Positions 1 to 12,938 of a stretch of DNA of 64,000 nt are shown here, piece by piece. Position 1 is the first letter of the stretch; the number at the start of each line of letters is the position of its first letter. The translations under genes and the position numbers were made by a program. Origin of the DNA: Tubulanus polymorphus. Its lineage: Eukaryota; Animalia; Nemertea. The notes beneath the pieces were generated by a model, which ran no database searches, was not told where the DNA came from, and was given only the letters and a program-made list of their open reading frames with translations. The stretch covers positions 18,235,910 to 18,299,909 of the forward strand of contig NC_134031.1 in the NCBI RefSeq assembly GCF_964204645.1, read 5' to 3'.

Positions 1-464
1 ACTCACATCTCGAACTTCCCTTGAAAAAATCTATCTTCAAAGCGAGACTTCCTCCACAGGATGAATTTCTAGTATTGGCATAGATTACATACGCGTATAA
101 GGAGTAACTACCATCAAAGAAATATCTCAAATATCTCATTATATTTCGCAGAATAAATCAATAGTTGGGTAAATATAAAGTGGCAGTAGATCGTTTAGAT
201 TCGACCAGACCACTACTTCACTACGCTTCTCCACCCTCTATTAGTCCATTAGTCATTACCGGATTATCCGATAAAATTACATATTTCTGAGCGCGTATAC
301 ACGGCTAAAAACTAACCCTAACCGGTATAATCTATGGACCTCTGAGGAATAGGATAAAAACCATCTAAAACTGCTCAGCATTCTGCAGTTCTGATGATAA
401 TTAATCACACAACACCGGAATTGATTTCCTTCCTAGGCTTTAATGAGATGCTATAAGCAGGAAG

Positions 465-790
465 CAGTTCTACATTTCACAATCCAGTTCCACAGTATAG
501 GAGCCAGTTCCACGGAATAGGAGCCAGTTCCACAGTATAGGAGCCGGTTCCACAGAATAGGAGCCAGTTCCACAGTATAGGAGCCGGTTCCACAGTATAG
601 GAGCCAGTTCCACAGTATAGGAGCCGGTTCCACAGTACAGGATCCAGTTCCACAGTATAGGAGCAAGTTCCACAGTATAGGATTCAGTTCCACAGTACAG
701 GGTCCAGTTCCACAGTATAGGAGCCAGTTCTACAGTTCAGGAGCCAGTTCCTCAGTTCAGGAGCAGTGTGGAACTGGCTCCTGAACTGAA
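465..790. repeat. 20-bp minisatellite (ggagccagttccacagtata) closed by an inverted copy
   Basis: About 15 tandem units, then gtgtggaactggctcctgaactg in reverse orientation. Confidence 0.92.
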
Positions 791-2569
791 ATCAAATAAT
801 CTGAACTCTAGATTTAAACTTAATCGATAACATTGGACCCTGTTCTGCTTTGGAATAAGTCTTAACTAAACAATCATTAAAAATAAATTCCAGAATTACA
901 ACTACACCAGCTCATCTACAAACATCTTTTAATCTAAAGATATTTCTTGCAACGATCGTGAACTTATAATTCTACCATAATCAAATTAGTGAAAAAAAAG
1001 AAGACTTTATTTACTTCGACGAAAATTATAAACCGGCGAAAATTTCAACCCGAATGCCATACGAGGTAACGATGAGGGAATATACCTTACGTTTGAACGG
1101 AAATCAATCACAATGAAATCATATCCGACGACAACAAGAGAGAAGAACGAAATCCGGAATGCGTTTATCGATGGCCGATTTGAAACTAAAGAGTAACGCA
1201 CAACGAACCGAGCTGCAACAATATCCACCGGTAATAATTAACTCACAGATGATTGGTCGATGAATTCAACCGATGAAACTGCAAAAAAAAAAATCCCCGA
1301 ACGTCGGATCGCGAGAGAGTGCGATAATTACGCGGCATAGTCGACGGCGACGAGCGCAACGGTTGATTTTGAGAATTGACCTGCGGCGAGTAACGCTACC
1401 CCTCACTCACTCACTCCCTCGACGGCTCCCCTCCCTCACTCACTCTATAGCTCCCCTCACTCGCTCGATGGCTACCCTCACTCATTCCCTCGACAGCTCC
1501 CCTCACTCACTCGTTCCCTCACTTGACAGCTCGTGCGATGACCATCGGCGCTAACTGCGATCACTAAACTACTGAGAGCGAAATCATTTCTTTATTGATC
1601 TTAAATGTGACTGAAAATCATTGACCATTAGTTCGCATGACCCAGGGGCCTGTTTTATAGACCGGTGTTATTTCTAACCCAGGGGCTTACTCGATTCATT
1701 TTCACTCGAGAGTTAATAACCCCACCCCTCTACAAAACCTGCCCCGGGGGAGGGGGTATTTACAGTTTTTCCCTGAATTCTCAGTTCTTTTTTTTTTACA
1801 TCAATCGACGAGATGTGCTATGATGCGTTCCAAATTGTTTCGATGAATTAACACCTGACGATGATCTCAAAGGGAGAATTCAAAACGCTGTTTTTTTAAC
1901 TTGAGCTGCTTTTTAACTTGATAAATAAATTGTGCGTTCTAATTTGTTGAGTTCTAATCATACCTCCTCTCTCTCCCCCCTCTTTCTCTTCCCCCTCTCC
2001 CTCTCCCTCTCTCTCTCGTTATGTTAAGGATATGAATTTCATCAGCTCTTCTAGAATGCAAAAACTACTCTTCGAGCCGTTGTGTAAGGGGAGCACTGGG
2101 GAAGTAAAGAGGTCCCGGTCATATCGTAGCAGTAAAAGTATGTTTGATTAGTCACTGATGGCATCATTTTCAGCTTCCATTGTCATGTCTATATTGAAAC
2201 ACGATATGATAGATATTGTGACAATACAGGATATTGTTGACAGGAGGCTCAGGTTTTTATAGAACATGTATCTCAAATAGCTAATCCTTAACCTATTCAT
2301 GAACAACCGTACAAAAAATGATGAACCACATAAAAAATGTCTCCGGTCGACGACATCCCCTTTTAGTAAGTTTTGGGAATTCGCTTGATTATTGAGGCTG
2401 AGAAAAGAGGAAGAAAAAGAGTTTCGTAATTCTGGTTTAGTTTCCTGCAGGTTCACGGGAATCGATAAAAAACCCTTTTTCGGGCGTTTCAAATTGCCCG
2501 ATGTCGTGCTGCATCACTTTCTGAAACAAATTGATTGCAGATGAAATTCAATGCGTAAAGTGCTTGCAC

Positions 2570-2830
2570 CAGGAGAGCGAAAGAGGAGAGAGCAAGAGAA
2601 GAGAGAGGAGACCGAGAGGAGAGAGATTGGGAGGGGAGAGGCGTGAAAAGAAAAGAGGAGGTAGAATAGAGGAAAGAGTGGAGTGAGAGCAAGTGAGAGG
2701 AGACAGAAGAGAGAAGAGAGAGGAGAGTGAGTAGAGTGAAGGGAGAGCAAGTGAGAGGAAAGTGCAGGGGAGTAGATGAGAGAAGAGGAGAGAGGAGATG
2801 GAGGAGATAGAGATGGGGTAAGAGAGGGAC
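2570..2830. repeat. Purine-rich (GA) low-complexity tract; similar tracts at 25670-25920, 1400-1530 (ctcact) and (TA)n at 6840-6875
   Basis: Composition visible directly. Confidence 0.85.
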
Positions 2831-3723
2831 ACTGATCAGGGTATCTATGCAGTCAGTCATGCCATGAAGCGAGGCGCTATATGAAGCGGTTATTTTTGAG
2901 AATAGTTCGAACAGATTTTCATCAAGTTGACGTCTGCCTACGACGCCAACGACGACGATGACTAGATCTTTAAAAACATGTCATCGAAATATTCATCTAC
3001 AACATTTCTCCAACCGTGGTTGAATCGACGGTGTTTTTTTTTTCGTTACTGTTGTCGTCAGTTCATATAGTGATTTATACGTCGGACTTTTTACCACTAG
3101 GGAAATCATCGCATGAACAACCGGCAGCATCGGCCGACCAACCCCCTCTCCCTCCTGGACGCAATTAAATATTCATCTAACATACAAACCAGCTCCAGTT
3201 AATAGAGTTATCGGATTCATAATATCAGACAATTACGACTTATAATAGAGCAGTTAAACACAATTCATCATTGTGTGAGATACAGGGCCGAGATATCGCG
3301 GTACCTATTTGAATTCATGTCATAAATCTCGATTTTACTTTCATCCCACCTCGAAATCGAATACAGTCAATTTTATTGATGTTTCCGACGACATTAAAGG
3401 ATAATAATTGATATCAGATAGTTTTCAATCAGTACCGATGGGGGGAGGGAGGGATGCGGGTATCTCTCTATTTCATCCACCTCCTCCACACGATATCCGA
3501 TACCGTACTTTAAAGACTCGACTATCATGAAACACGCTGATTCAAACAAATAACCTTCACAAAACTGATCCCACCGCAACAATCTGCAAAAGCATTGTCA
3601 GAAAACTTCGAGAATAATCTGAAATTGAATCTACTACTTTCTTAAATGACTATAGCAGACTCAGCCAAATCAGGAAACAAGTCACTATATTGACATTTAT
3701 TTGGAAAAGTCTTCCATTTCCCT

Positions 3724-3830
3724 GGCCCCAGTTTTATAGACCAGTATTACCTTTAACCCGGGGGCTAACTTAATTGAAAATGAGTTAAGTTAGCCCCCGG
3801 GTTAAAGGTTATACCAGTATATAAACCCCC
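3724..3830. mobile_element. Palindromic MITE-like family B (ggcccagttttatagac...); relatives at 1645-1745, 8395-8470, 28345, 53026
   Basis: Perfect 25-bp inverted arms 3749-3773 and 3785-3809 with an 11-nt loop; shared internal ttgaaaatga/tcattttca core. Confidence 0.7.
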
Positions 3831-4197
3831 CCTCCCCGATGTCCACCTGAAAAATCTCAGCAGTCCAAACACTATCGAGAGTAAGGTGCTGCGGTTATTC
3901 TTTACTGGTGGTAAATGGGAAAAGGTTAAAATCAAATATTTGACATCGCGATCTTCCAAACATCATACGATGAATATTTATATGACTGTTATATATATAC
4001 AGTGTAACCACACATAAAGAGATTCTATTCGTTGAAGGAAGGTACGAAGCCCGGAGTTAAAATCAGGACTAACACAATTAGAGATTGAGAGACTCCCTCG
4101 ATTCCAATTATAACATCAAACTCGTCACCTCGTTCTAATATACATCATACCCTGAAGGTCTTACATCGTGTGTTATACCACGCTGGTTGAGTGTTTC

Positions 4198-4233
<36 letters not shown>

Positions 4234-4339
4234 AAACTAATATTTATTCCCGACACATCGAGTATAGATTCCAAATATATCCCCTGAAGACATTGTTTGA
4301 CAACTGTAACAAACGAATACTGGCAAACAGAATCTGAAA

Positions 4340-5412
4340 GGTTCAGACGAGAGTCAGTCAGGTCTGCGTTCAGACGAGAGTCAGTCAGGTCTGCGTTCAG
4401 AGGAGAGTCAGTCAGGTCTGCGTTCAGACGAGAGTCAGTCAGGTCTGCGTTCAGAGGAGAGTATGTCAGGTCTGCGTTCAGACGAGAGTCAGTCAGGTCT
4501 GTGTTCAGAGGAGAGTCAGTCAGGTCTGCGTGCAGAGGAGTCAGTCAGGTCTGCGTTCAGAGGAGAGTCAGTCAGGTCTGCGTTCAGACGAGAGTCAGTC
4601 AGGTCTGCGTTCAGACGAGAGTCAGTCAGGTCTGCGTTCAGAGGAGAGTCAGTCAGGTCTGCGTTCAGAGGAGAGTCAGTCAGGTCTGCGTTCAGAGGAG
4701 AGTCAGTCAGGTCTGCGTTCAGACGAGAGTCAGTCAGGTCTGCGTTCAGACGAGAGTCAGTCAGGTCTGCGTTCAGAGGAGAGTCAGTCAGGTCTGCGTT
4801 CAGAGGAGAGTCAGTCAGGTCTGCGTTCAGAGGAGAGTCAGTCAGGTCTGCGTTCAGACGAGAGTCAGTCAGGACTGCGTTCAGAGGAGAGTCAGTCAGG
4901 TCTGCGTTCAGAGGAGAGTCAGTCAGGTCTGCGTGCAGAGGAGAGTCAGTCAGGTCTGCGTGCAGAGGAGAGTCAGTCAGGTCTGCGTTCAGACGAGAGT
5001 CAGTCAGGTCTGCGTTCAGAGGAGAGTCAGTCAGGTCTGCGTTCAGAGGAGAGTCAGTCAGGTCTGCGTTCAGAGGAGAGTCAGTCAGGTCTGCGTTCAG
5101 AGGAGAGTCAGTCAGGTCTGCGTTCAGAGGAGAGTCAGTCAGGTCTGCGTTCAGAGGAGAGTCAGTCAGGTCTGCGTGCAGAGGAGAGTCAGTCAGGTCT
5201 GCGTGCAGAGGAGTCAGTCAGGTCCATGTTCAGAGGAGAGTCAGTCAGGTCTGCGTGCAGAGGAGTCAGTCAGGTCTGCGTTCAGAGGAGAGTCAGTCAG
5301 GTCTGCGTGCAGAGGAGTCAGTCAGGTCCATGTTCAGAGGAGAGTCAGTCAGGTCTGCGTGCAGAGGAGATTCAGTCAGGTCTGCGTTCAGAGGAGGGTC
5401 AGTCAGGTCTGA
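4340..5412. repeat. 27-bp minisatellite (gttcagaggagagtcagtcaggtctgc), about 40 copies
   Basis: Direct tandem repetition with occasional 25-bp variants; explains three overlapping repetitive ORFs. Confidence 0.97.
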
Positions 5413-6844
5413 GTTTATATATCATTGATAAGTCACTAAATCAATTCATTATCTATCTTATTGGCGCGAACTTGGATGATATAAAATCGCAAACTACGAA
5501 TGATAATTAGGAGTCCTAACAATTCCTCGAGCAAGTAGTATGAAGACTAAATACGTATTGAAAACGACTATTAGGATAAAGTAGAAACGTTGAATAAACT
5601 CAGGAAAAATTTCAGACTGTATTCTTTTATTCTTAGTGCGCGGGTATTTTTCTGTATTAACGTTGCAACGCGGACTCAGAGTATTTCACATCAATGGAGT
5701 CATGAATATCGTTGCAGTACAAGGAGAGCTCGTTAGTCGTCAGCCGGTGATTGACAATGATACTACTATACAATACCGCGTCAGTGTATTTGTGTTACAC
5801 GTTCGTATAAAATAAGGTTTCCTTCGTATTTCTCAATTCACCAATGTGAAGGTCACAGTGCGGAGCAGGAAACTGTCTTCGCGGTATCGATAAATTTCAT
5901 TATTACAGATTTCTCGCGTCGTTTTCTCTACGGCAACAATGATTTTCACGGCAACGACGATTTTCGCCGCCGGCGACGAGCGTTCGTTAACGAGAGACCG
6001 ACTCTTTATCGGTTCGGTTTCATCAGCTGAGTCAATTTATCATACAACCGCGGATTCAACAGATTGTGGACGGAGAAAATCTCATCGCGAGTTGTTTCCA
6101 CGAGGCACGAGGTGGAACACGAGCGCAATGAATGAGGAAAACTGAGTGGAATGCACGAGGAAAATTGAGCAGAATGGTACTGAAGTGAACACTGGGTGGA
6201 ACACAGGGTGGAACACAGGGTGGAACATTGGGTGAAACACAGCTGCGATCATGAACATAAAACATTTAATCAAATATAACCATAACCAAAAATACATGTA
6301 TTTTTGATATTACCTACATTTAAAGGATTTGTCTCAATCGTATGTTTGTTCTTCAATTTTTGATAATTTTTCAATTTTGATAATAAAGGCGTTTTGGAAT
6401 ATATAACCACGGAAAAAACTGATACAGTAGATACTCAATTTCTTCAGAATTGTGGCTTTTTATAACTGTGGGTTTTTTATTTAATACAGATGAAGATTTG
6501 TATGAATATGACTTATTGACATTCACTTTATCTATGGAAGCTGATACACATTTGTTTTTAGAACCAGTTTTAGTACAGTATTGTTAAGTATTTCAAACAG
6601 TTTTGCGATAATGAAAATTGTTTATGTAAGCTACATATTATGAAGGTTCAGGTAAAAAGTCTTAGTTCGTTCTTTCAAAGGATTTTCAGTTTCTTTTTCT
6701 TGCCGCAAGTTGAAATCGATTAGTCATGGGAATACCAATTATCAGATCTGATTATGGGCTTAGTTCAGCTATGTGCCTATAGATGGCAAAAGTTAAGTTT
6801 CCTAAATTAGCATTGCGTATATATGCATACAATGTGTATGTATA

Positions 6845-6879
<35 letters not shown>

Positions 6880-9563
6880 CATTAGTTACTTTCCGTTATT
6901 TCTTTTAATTGATTTGAACAGTTATAATTTTGTGTTATTAAATTTCTAATAGGGTGCTGTCCCTCTCATATATGTAACGGGTTTGAGTGTAAATAAAATT
7001 TAAAAAATAAAAACACCATACTGCTAGACCAAATGTGTATAGAATAAATAATAATTCCTGCAGTAGTAACTAATGGGCAGGGAATTTGGCACCGGGTATT
7101 TAACTTCAGTTAGATACCAGCATTTGACATGCCTTTCATGCTTCATACATAGTATCAACCCCAGCGCATGTGGGTTTTTGTGGACATATTCATTCGTACA
7201 AAAAATTCCTGTCAATGAAAATGCATTTCAACAATAGATGAACTGCACATACCTTGAGCAGATTGAAGTGGAAGACAATATCAGCAGAAATCACCAACCC
7301 TGAAATAGAAATACAAAATTATGATCCAGTTGATAAATTGATTGCAGTTTTCTGAAACTGAATTCAGAGAAAAGATGATGCTAGACTTAAGACTGAGAGA
7401 GAAAGATCAGTCAACAACCAGCACAATAATTCAGCTGCAAGGCTACCAGTGCTTTTTACCAGTTCAGTTCTTGTATTGAATTGCAATCATTTCTGGGGGT
7501 GTTCATGCAACGTGAAATGTGTTGGTCACAGATGGCGTCCATCGTTAGATTGATTGGAATTGGATACGACGGTGAGTCGGTGTCTTGTACGGGGATGGTA
7601 TTTTTTATTTCGTTTAATAGACATTTTTAGTTGACTGTTTTCCGATGACAGCTCAGTTCAGCCATTACTTATTGTTCTAGGTATCGCTTTTTAACTCACA
7701 GCAGTTACATCAGCAATTCAAACCTCTCCAAAACTGCGCCGCAAACCCTAACGAAAAACCAGTAAAAAATTCCACGCGTTTGAGGCGGCGCAACGACCTT
7801 CAGATTACTTCCTGGTAATTAGTTCGTCAATCCGCCGTTACGTAGTAGTGGCAGCACCTCATGGAGTTCCCACAAAATATTAGGCGTTATCGAATACGAA
7901 CGACCCGCAATTATTGATGAATATTATTGATATGTTAGAATGTTCTGTGAATAATCTTTTTTCCATAATGTACTAAAATGCATGTTTTACAATTAATATT
8001 ATCACGGTCGTATCACGGTCGATGAATACAGTTATGAATAAATCTTATCTTATCTTATACACGAGGATTGAATAATCGTTGAGTCAATATAAAAAGGATG
8101 TTAGATTTAGTAAAGGTAATGGTGTTAATTTTCAACGGAGATTCCTCGAGATTATCTTGTGTTACTGTTCTGCATGTATTTATAAACTGTAAGATTTTCT
8201 TAGATGAAAGAGACACTGACGGACGGGTCAAACACACACTCAAACTTTGATAATTTTCAAACGGTTAAATCTGTTAACCTGGAGATACTTGATATTTGCT
8301 GATTCCGTTCTGCTAGAAACGACACCAATTTCGAAATCTGCCATCATTTTCTGAAATGTATTGTCGGTGAAATAATGGTTTCAGTTCCGCTGCCATGGCC
8401 GTAATGGACTGTTCTCAATTCATTTTCGATTGAGCTGGGTTAAAGTTAATACCAGTCTATAAATTCGGGACATGGATTATCATATTGTCGATCCAAGGTC
8501 AAGCGCCACGTGCGTGACATCCTCGTGACACCGGCAATTTATAGCGGGAACCATCCCTCCGGCTCGAGCAGAAAAAAAAACTTCGGGACTCTGCTGCCCC
8601 TTCCGATGGCCTTGTTCACTGCAAGTACTTTTGATGGACACTTTTCGATGGAAGTACTCTCTCATTCAATGGAGGTGTATTCATTTTTCGACGCCGTAAA
8701 AACCGTTACAATAATGTTTATATACTTTGATACCTATAGCATGCGTAATATGTATAAGGGGTTTTGTGTGAGTCGCTGTGAACTACGTCATCAATATTGG
8801 TATTTCAAAGTACGAATTACAATTAAGAATTTTGGTGTTTATTTTGTAATTCGATATATTTCATAACTCTCATCTTATTTTTGATAAATTTTGATAATCG
8901 ATATTAGAGAGGATGTGCGCTACGTCATCAATATAGGACTATCGGGGCTAAACGTATGAGTCAATTCAATTCAATTGTCGATAATTCCAAAATATTGATC
9001 CTTCATACCTTAATATACGATTATTGATTGATTGTATTATATTATTCATTATCAACAATATTAAGCAATATTTGTATTATTTTTCAAGGCATCAATATAC
9101 TTTCGAGTTAGTTTTTTTTGTTTGCTTGCTTCAACTTCAACAGCATGAACGCATTCATACTTTATTCGACAAATCGAAAAGCGAGCATCGTACTGAAGGG
9201 GGTGAGAGAGGGTTTGATCCGTTTTGGGCGCGAACCCAATCATAACGCGCGAAGGCTAGACATCGCTGTTGGTGAATTGTTTGGACAATAATGAAGCTTC
9301 GTTTACAGCTATAAATAAACTTGTTATTAATCACAGGTTTATTGCGAATACGATTCTTGGCGAAGGAGTGGTCCGAGAGGACAAGTGTTAATTGGAAATT
9401 TGAAGGCGTGATGAAGGCAAGTGGTGAACACAACGGATGCGACCATCATCCGGTTTGGTGTTAATGAATAAACTTCAAATACTTATCTGAATATTCTACC
9501 GAAGAATTAACACTAAGCCGCAAAGCGATGTTACTTATGACGTGAATGGTTTCTCGATCTCTG

Positions 9564-9973
9564 ATTGGTTGATATGTGGCGGCGGCGTGGTCTTATATAA
9601 AGCGTCGCTCTATCTTTTCGGCTAAAATCATTGCTGAATTCTTTACTAGGAGTAAACTCCTGCGTGGACTAGTCTCTCTTGTAAGTAGCAAATTCTTAAA
9701 AATTCAGAAAATATTCAGTACTTTGTCGAAATTCTTAATTTTTCGCGTCGAAATGCGATATTTTTCGAGCAGCGTGTAAGTTGTAATTTCATTGCAATAG
9801 AATTATAACGCATTCTTTATGAATTCAAAACTCGCTTTAAAAAAGAAAGAGGAAATAGATTTCGAAATGTTTCTTTAAAAGTTTATTCATCTTTTCGGCT
9901 GTATATGCTAACATTACAGTTGTACAACTGTTACAACTAAAAATACTAAAGCGTCTTATATTATTCGGTTTAG
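9564..9973 (+). promoter_or_regulatory. Putative GPCR core promoter and 5'UTR intron
   Basis: ATTGG (reverse CCAAT) 9564, TATATAAA 9594, Inr-like TCATTG 9628, donor GTAAGT 9776, acceptor TTTAG ending 9973, 26 nt before the ATG. Confidence 0.5.
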
Positions 9974-9999
9974 GGCGATCAACTCGTGAAGTTTACATC

Positions 10000-11130
10000 A
10001 TGTCTAACGTAAGCGCAGCGCAGATGACACCGACCACAGCGTCCTCAATATCAACTGAATTATTCACAACCGCCAATAAAATCATCGCCGTGACCGGTAT
10101 CAACAACAGCGATACCGAAGGCGCTGCTGTAGATCCGTACATGTACCGACCATTCTGGATACAGTTCATCGAAACATTCCCTTTACAACCTCTATCGTAT
10201 TGGAGTCGTCTGCTATTCTGTATCGGGTACGGGCTGCTTTTCTGTTTCGGATTTCCCGGTAATATCGTATCGTTTATCGTGATGTTAACCGCTAAAATGC
10301 GGAACTTCTCGTACACGCATTATCTAGCAGCGCTAGCAGTTTACGACTTCATGTCGTTGACCGCGCCTCTGATGGGCTGGATCAATCTCATTAACGTCAG
10401 TTTGGACCGGCCTATTATCAGATTTCTCACTCCGGGTTGTAAAGTTATTAACTTCTACATGTATATCGGTAACGCCGGTAGTTTCAGCACGATTACGATC
10501 GTGTCGATCGAGCGATTCATCGCGGTTTGTGTCCCGTTCGCCGCTCAGAGAGTGTGTAAACCGCGCGTAGCTCGATATGTCATTCTCGGTCAGTTCCTGA
10601 TGCTGATCGCGTTCACCGTCGAAAACCTTTTCACGACCAGTTTCGCAGAAGGCATCGGCTGTTACTACACAGAATCGGCAAATCGTATCCACACGATTTT
10701 AGCCGTCGGTATATTCACGATCGGAACTAGCATTGTCGTTTTTACGTTGAATACGGTTACGGTTATTCGTTTGTTACGTCAACGTAAAATCTCGTCCAAC
10801 AAATCCGGCAGTCGCGGCGTCCAGAGAATCACCGTCATGTTGATGGTCGTGAGTTTTGCCTTCGTGGCTCTACTCTTCCCGACGAATCTCCTGATTTTGA
10901 CGGGCAGCTTGAATCCGGCTCTGGCCGCTCAGTTGATGGCTTATCAAGATCTACTCAAGTTCTTGTACATCATAAATAACGTCATCAATTTCTATTTGTA
11001 TATCATTTGCGGTCGTGACGTCAGAAACGCGGCTATTGATTTGTTCAGATGTGATTCAGCAAATCTGAGCGGATCTTCATCGTCGTCAAAATCTGCGTCG
11101 CATCCTAACAACGCAGCAAATACAACTTAG
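10000..11130 (+). CDS. Class A (rhodopsin-like) GPCR, peptide-receptor-like (FMRFamide/sex-peptide receptor-related group), single coding exon
   Basis: 376-aa ORF with seven hydrophobic segments, GFPGN (TM1), LAALAVYD (TM2), C at the top of TM3, SIERFIAVCVPF, Pro in TM6, INFYLY (TM7), N-terminal N-glycosylation sequons. Confidence 0.93.
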   Translation: MSNVSAAQMTPTTASSISTELFTTANKIIAVTGINNSDTEGAAVDPYMYRPFWIQFIETFPLQPLSYWSRLLFCIGYGLLFCFGFPGNIVSFIVMLTAKMRNFSYTHYLAALAVYDFMSLTAPLMGWINLINVSLDRPIIRFLTPGCKVINFYMYIGNAGSFSTITIVSIERFIAVCVPFAAQRVCKPRVARYVILGQFLMLIAFTVENLFTTSFAEGIGCYYTESANRIHTILAVGIFTIGTSIVVFTLNTVTVIRLLRQRKISSNKSGSRGVQRITVMLMVVSFAFVALLFPTNLLILTGSLNPALAAQLMAYQDLLKFLYIINNVINFYLYIICGRDVRNAAIDLFRCDSANLSGSSSSSKSASHPNNAANTT

Positions 11131-11154
11131 AACCAAGCTGACTGCGAACATTAA

Positions 11155-11432
11155 CAGGGCCGGCGGAAGCAATTTGGGATAGGTATACGACCAGAAGATC
11201 TGTGTAGCTTTTTTTCAAAAGGTCGGAAGCGTCACTAGTCGGGTGTAGGAGTTTGGGCCCTCACCGAGAAAAACTTTCCCTCATCCAGCATTTGGACCAT
11301 ACATTTCCGCCGGTGTTGGCGATAATTTCTATTTGACTGATGAATTGAAATAACGAGAATTTGGGTGGAACTCATTTGGGAAATTATTGGTCCAAACAAG
11401 GTCGGTGGGTCGTACCGGTTCCGCCTGCCCGG
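11155..11432. mobile_element. MITE-like insertion in the putative GPCR 3'UTR
   Basis: cagggccggcggaagc ... ggttccgcctgcccgg imperfect terminal inverted repeats 24 nt after the stop codon. Confidence 0.5.
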
Positions 11433-11553
11433 AAATAGAACTGTTGCAACCGGTGTCGCAGGCAGTCGCAAGGGGGCACGTAGGTCAACGGGTATTCACG
11501 TTAACCCGAAGACGCCTGACAGAATATTAAGGGTCTAAATACATCACATGAAA

Positions 11554-11559
11554 AATAAA
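11554..11559 (+). terminator. Putative poly(A) signal of the GPCR gene
   Basis: AATAAA about 420 nt after the stop, followed by a GT/T-rich stretch; an alternative at ~11884. Confidence 0.35.
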
Positions 11560-12836
11560 ACTGTTTGTTCCTCTATACATGTATATTTGTTATAACTACC
11601 TCTACGGATAATGTTGATATCAATTTACAGTCTATGTAACATGTACGTATATATATTAAGAAACATACGTTTCACATATAGTATACTTTGAATAACTGGG
11701 AGACAGTGCTCAAATTTTCACTGATATCCGACCACAGTTTTTCCACAAAAGGATTGGTAATCCTTGCGAAACGTTGTTATCATTTCAATGGTTAAATATG
11801 TTGTAATTTGAATAGTAAAATGTTGTTCTGATTTGTAAATGGATTAAACTATTCTGTGATTATAATGTGATACACTTTCGTCAATAAACTTTTGAGGCTA
11901 AATCTCTCAGGTCAGTTTTGAAATTTTCGCCTTCCAGGATCCAGATCCAAAGCTGACGACCCATGTATTGAATTGATTGTTTAGTTTCAAAATCGGAGGA
12001 TTTTCACATGCCTACAAAAAATTTGTCACAACGAATTTCAAATCTGTATTACTATAAGTTTTATTCGATTTCAGAAATAGATTTTCTTATTGTCATGTCG
12101 AATGACTTCCGTACTGTTATGCGAAAAGGGACTAGAAATCCATGAGTTACGATAATGTTTCCTTGAGCGATAGTGACTTATTCAATGTTTCATTCGGGAA
12201 TACTAAAGTGGTTGATCTGTAGTCGGTTTGTAGGCCATAATATTTGAATACATTGTTTGAATAGCTGATTGCAGTAGTTCTAGTTTTTCAATGTGAACTC
12301 CGTGTCCCGCTTAGACTGGTTCCACTTGCAGAACTCGCTAGGCGGAATCATACTTGCGCTACTCGAACTCACGTATACTCGTACTCGATATCTCGATGCT
12401 GTTCAATTCATGATTTTCCTCCCGATGAGATTAAGCACGTGGGCATAACAAATCCTGTTCTTCACTTGTAACTAACTATTTCAAAAAATTAACTAAGACA
12501 TTTTTCAACATCAATTTCATTCCAACAAAGCTTCCTATCACACACGTTAGAGTTTATTTCGTGTAAAAGATGGCGACCGTGTGGCGAGGAATTTCCGAAG
12601 GGAAATATTTGAGGAAATAGTGGGAGGAAGATTCACTCTCCGCCGTTCGCTGTGGTTTATAGTTAGTGTGTCCGTACACGAGCTCAATCAGCTGTGCTCT
12701 AAAGCGTGGCCGGTCTCGTCAATACAGCGGTAATTTAACGGTGATTTCACGATTGGATAAGCATGGTCACTCTCTATTGTAGTAATAGGTGAATTGTTTA
12801 AAGTTTTAAATTGCTCTGGACTCTCAAACAGTGACA

Positions 12837-12938
12837 ATGACTTGTTTGAAAGGTTCGGTGATTGTTTTGTTGGCGATTTCGTCGTTGAATTTTGCGCCAT
12901 CAACTCGTGGAGCCGAGCTCAGCATCCCCAACTCACCG
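12837..12938 (+). CDS. HSPG2: Perlecan coding exon 1: signal peptide ([34 protein letters not shown])
   Basis: ATG at 12837, hydrophobic core, GTCAGT donor at 12939 in phase 0 matching the phase-0 acceptor at 16319. Not in the ORF track (too short). Confidence 0.8.

Noticed and set aside
465-790. CRISPR-like appearance of short repeats
   Set aside because: Head-to-tail units without unique spacers, eukaryotic context, no cas genes.
2148-2860. Minus-strand Leu/Ser-rich ORFs
   Set aside because: Mostly products of a GA low-complexity tract; no recognisable domain.
4297-5510. Three long overlapping ORFs (321-371 aa)
   Set aside because: All are translations of a stop-free 27-bp minisatellite; no splice or codon evidence of coding.
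6310-7012. Possible decayed LINE 3' end (E.DTHLFLE-like motif, (TA)n, AATAAA and A-rich tail)
   Set aside because: Frame is broken and similarity too weak to support without a search.
10333-10692. Antisense ORFs over the GPCR and perlecan exons
   Set aside because: Expected shadows of GC-rich coding sequence.
12567-12575. YY1-like AAGATGGCG upstream of the perlecan ATG
   Set aside because: A single short motif; the TSS is unknown, so it cannot be supported.
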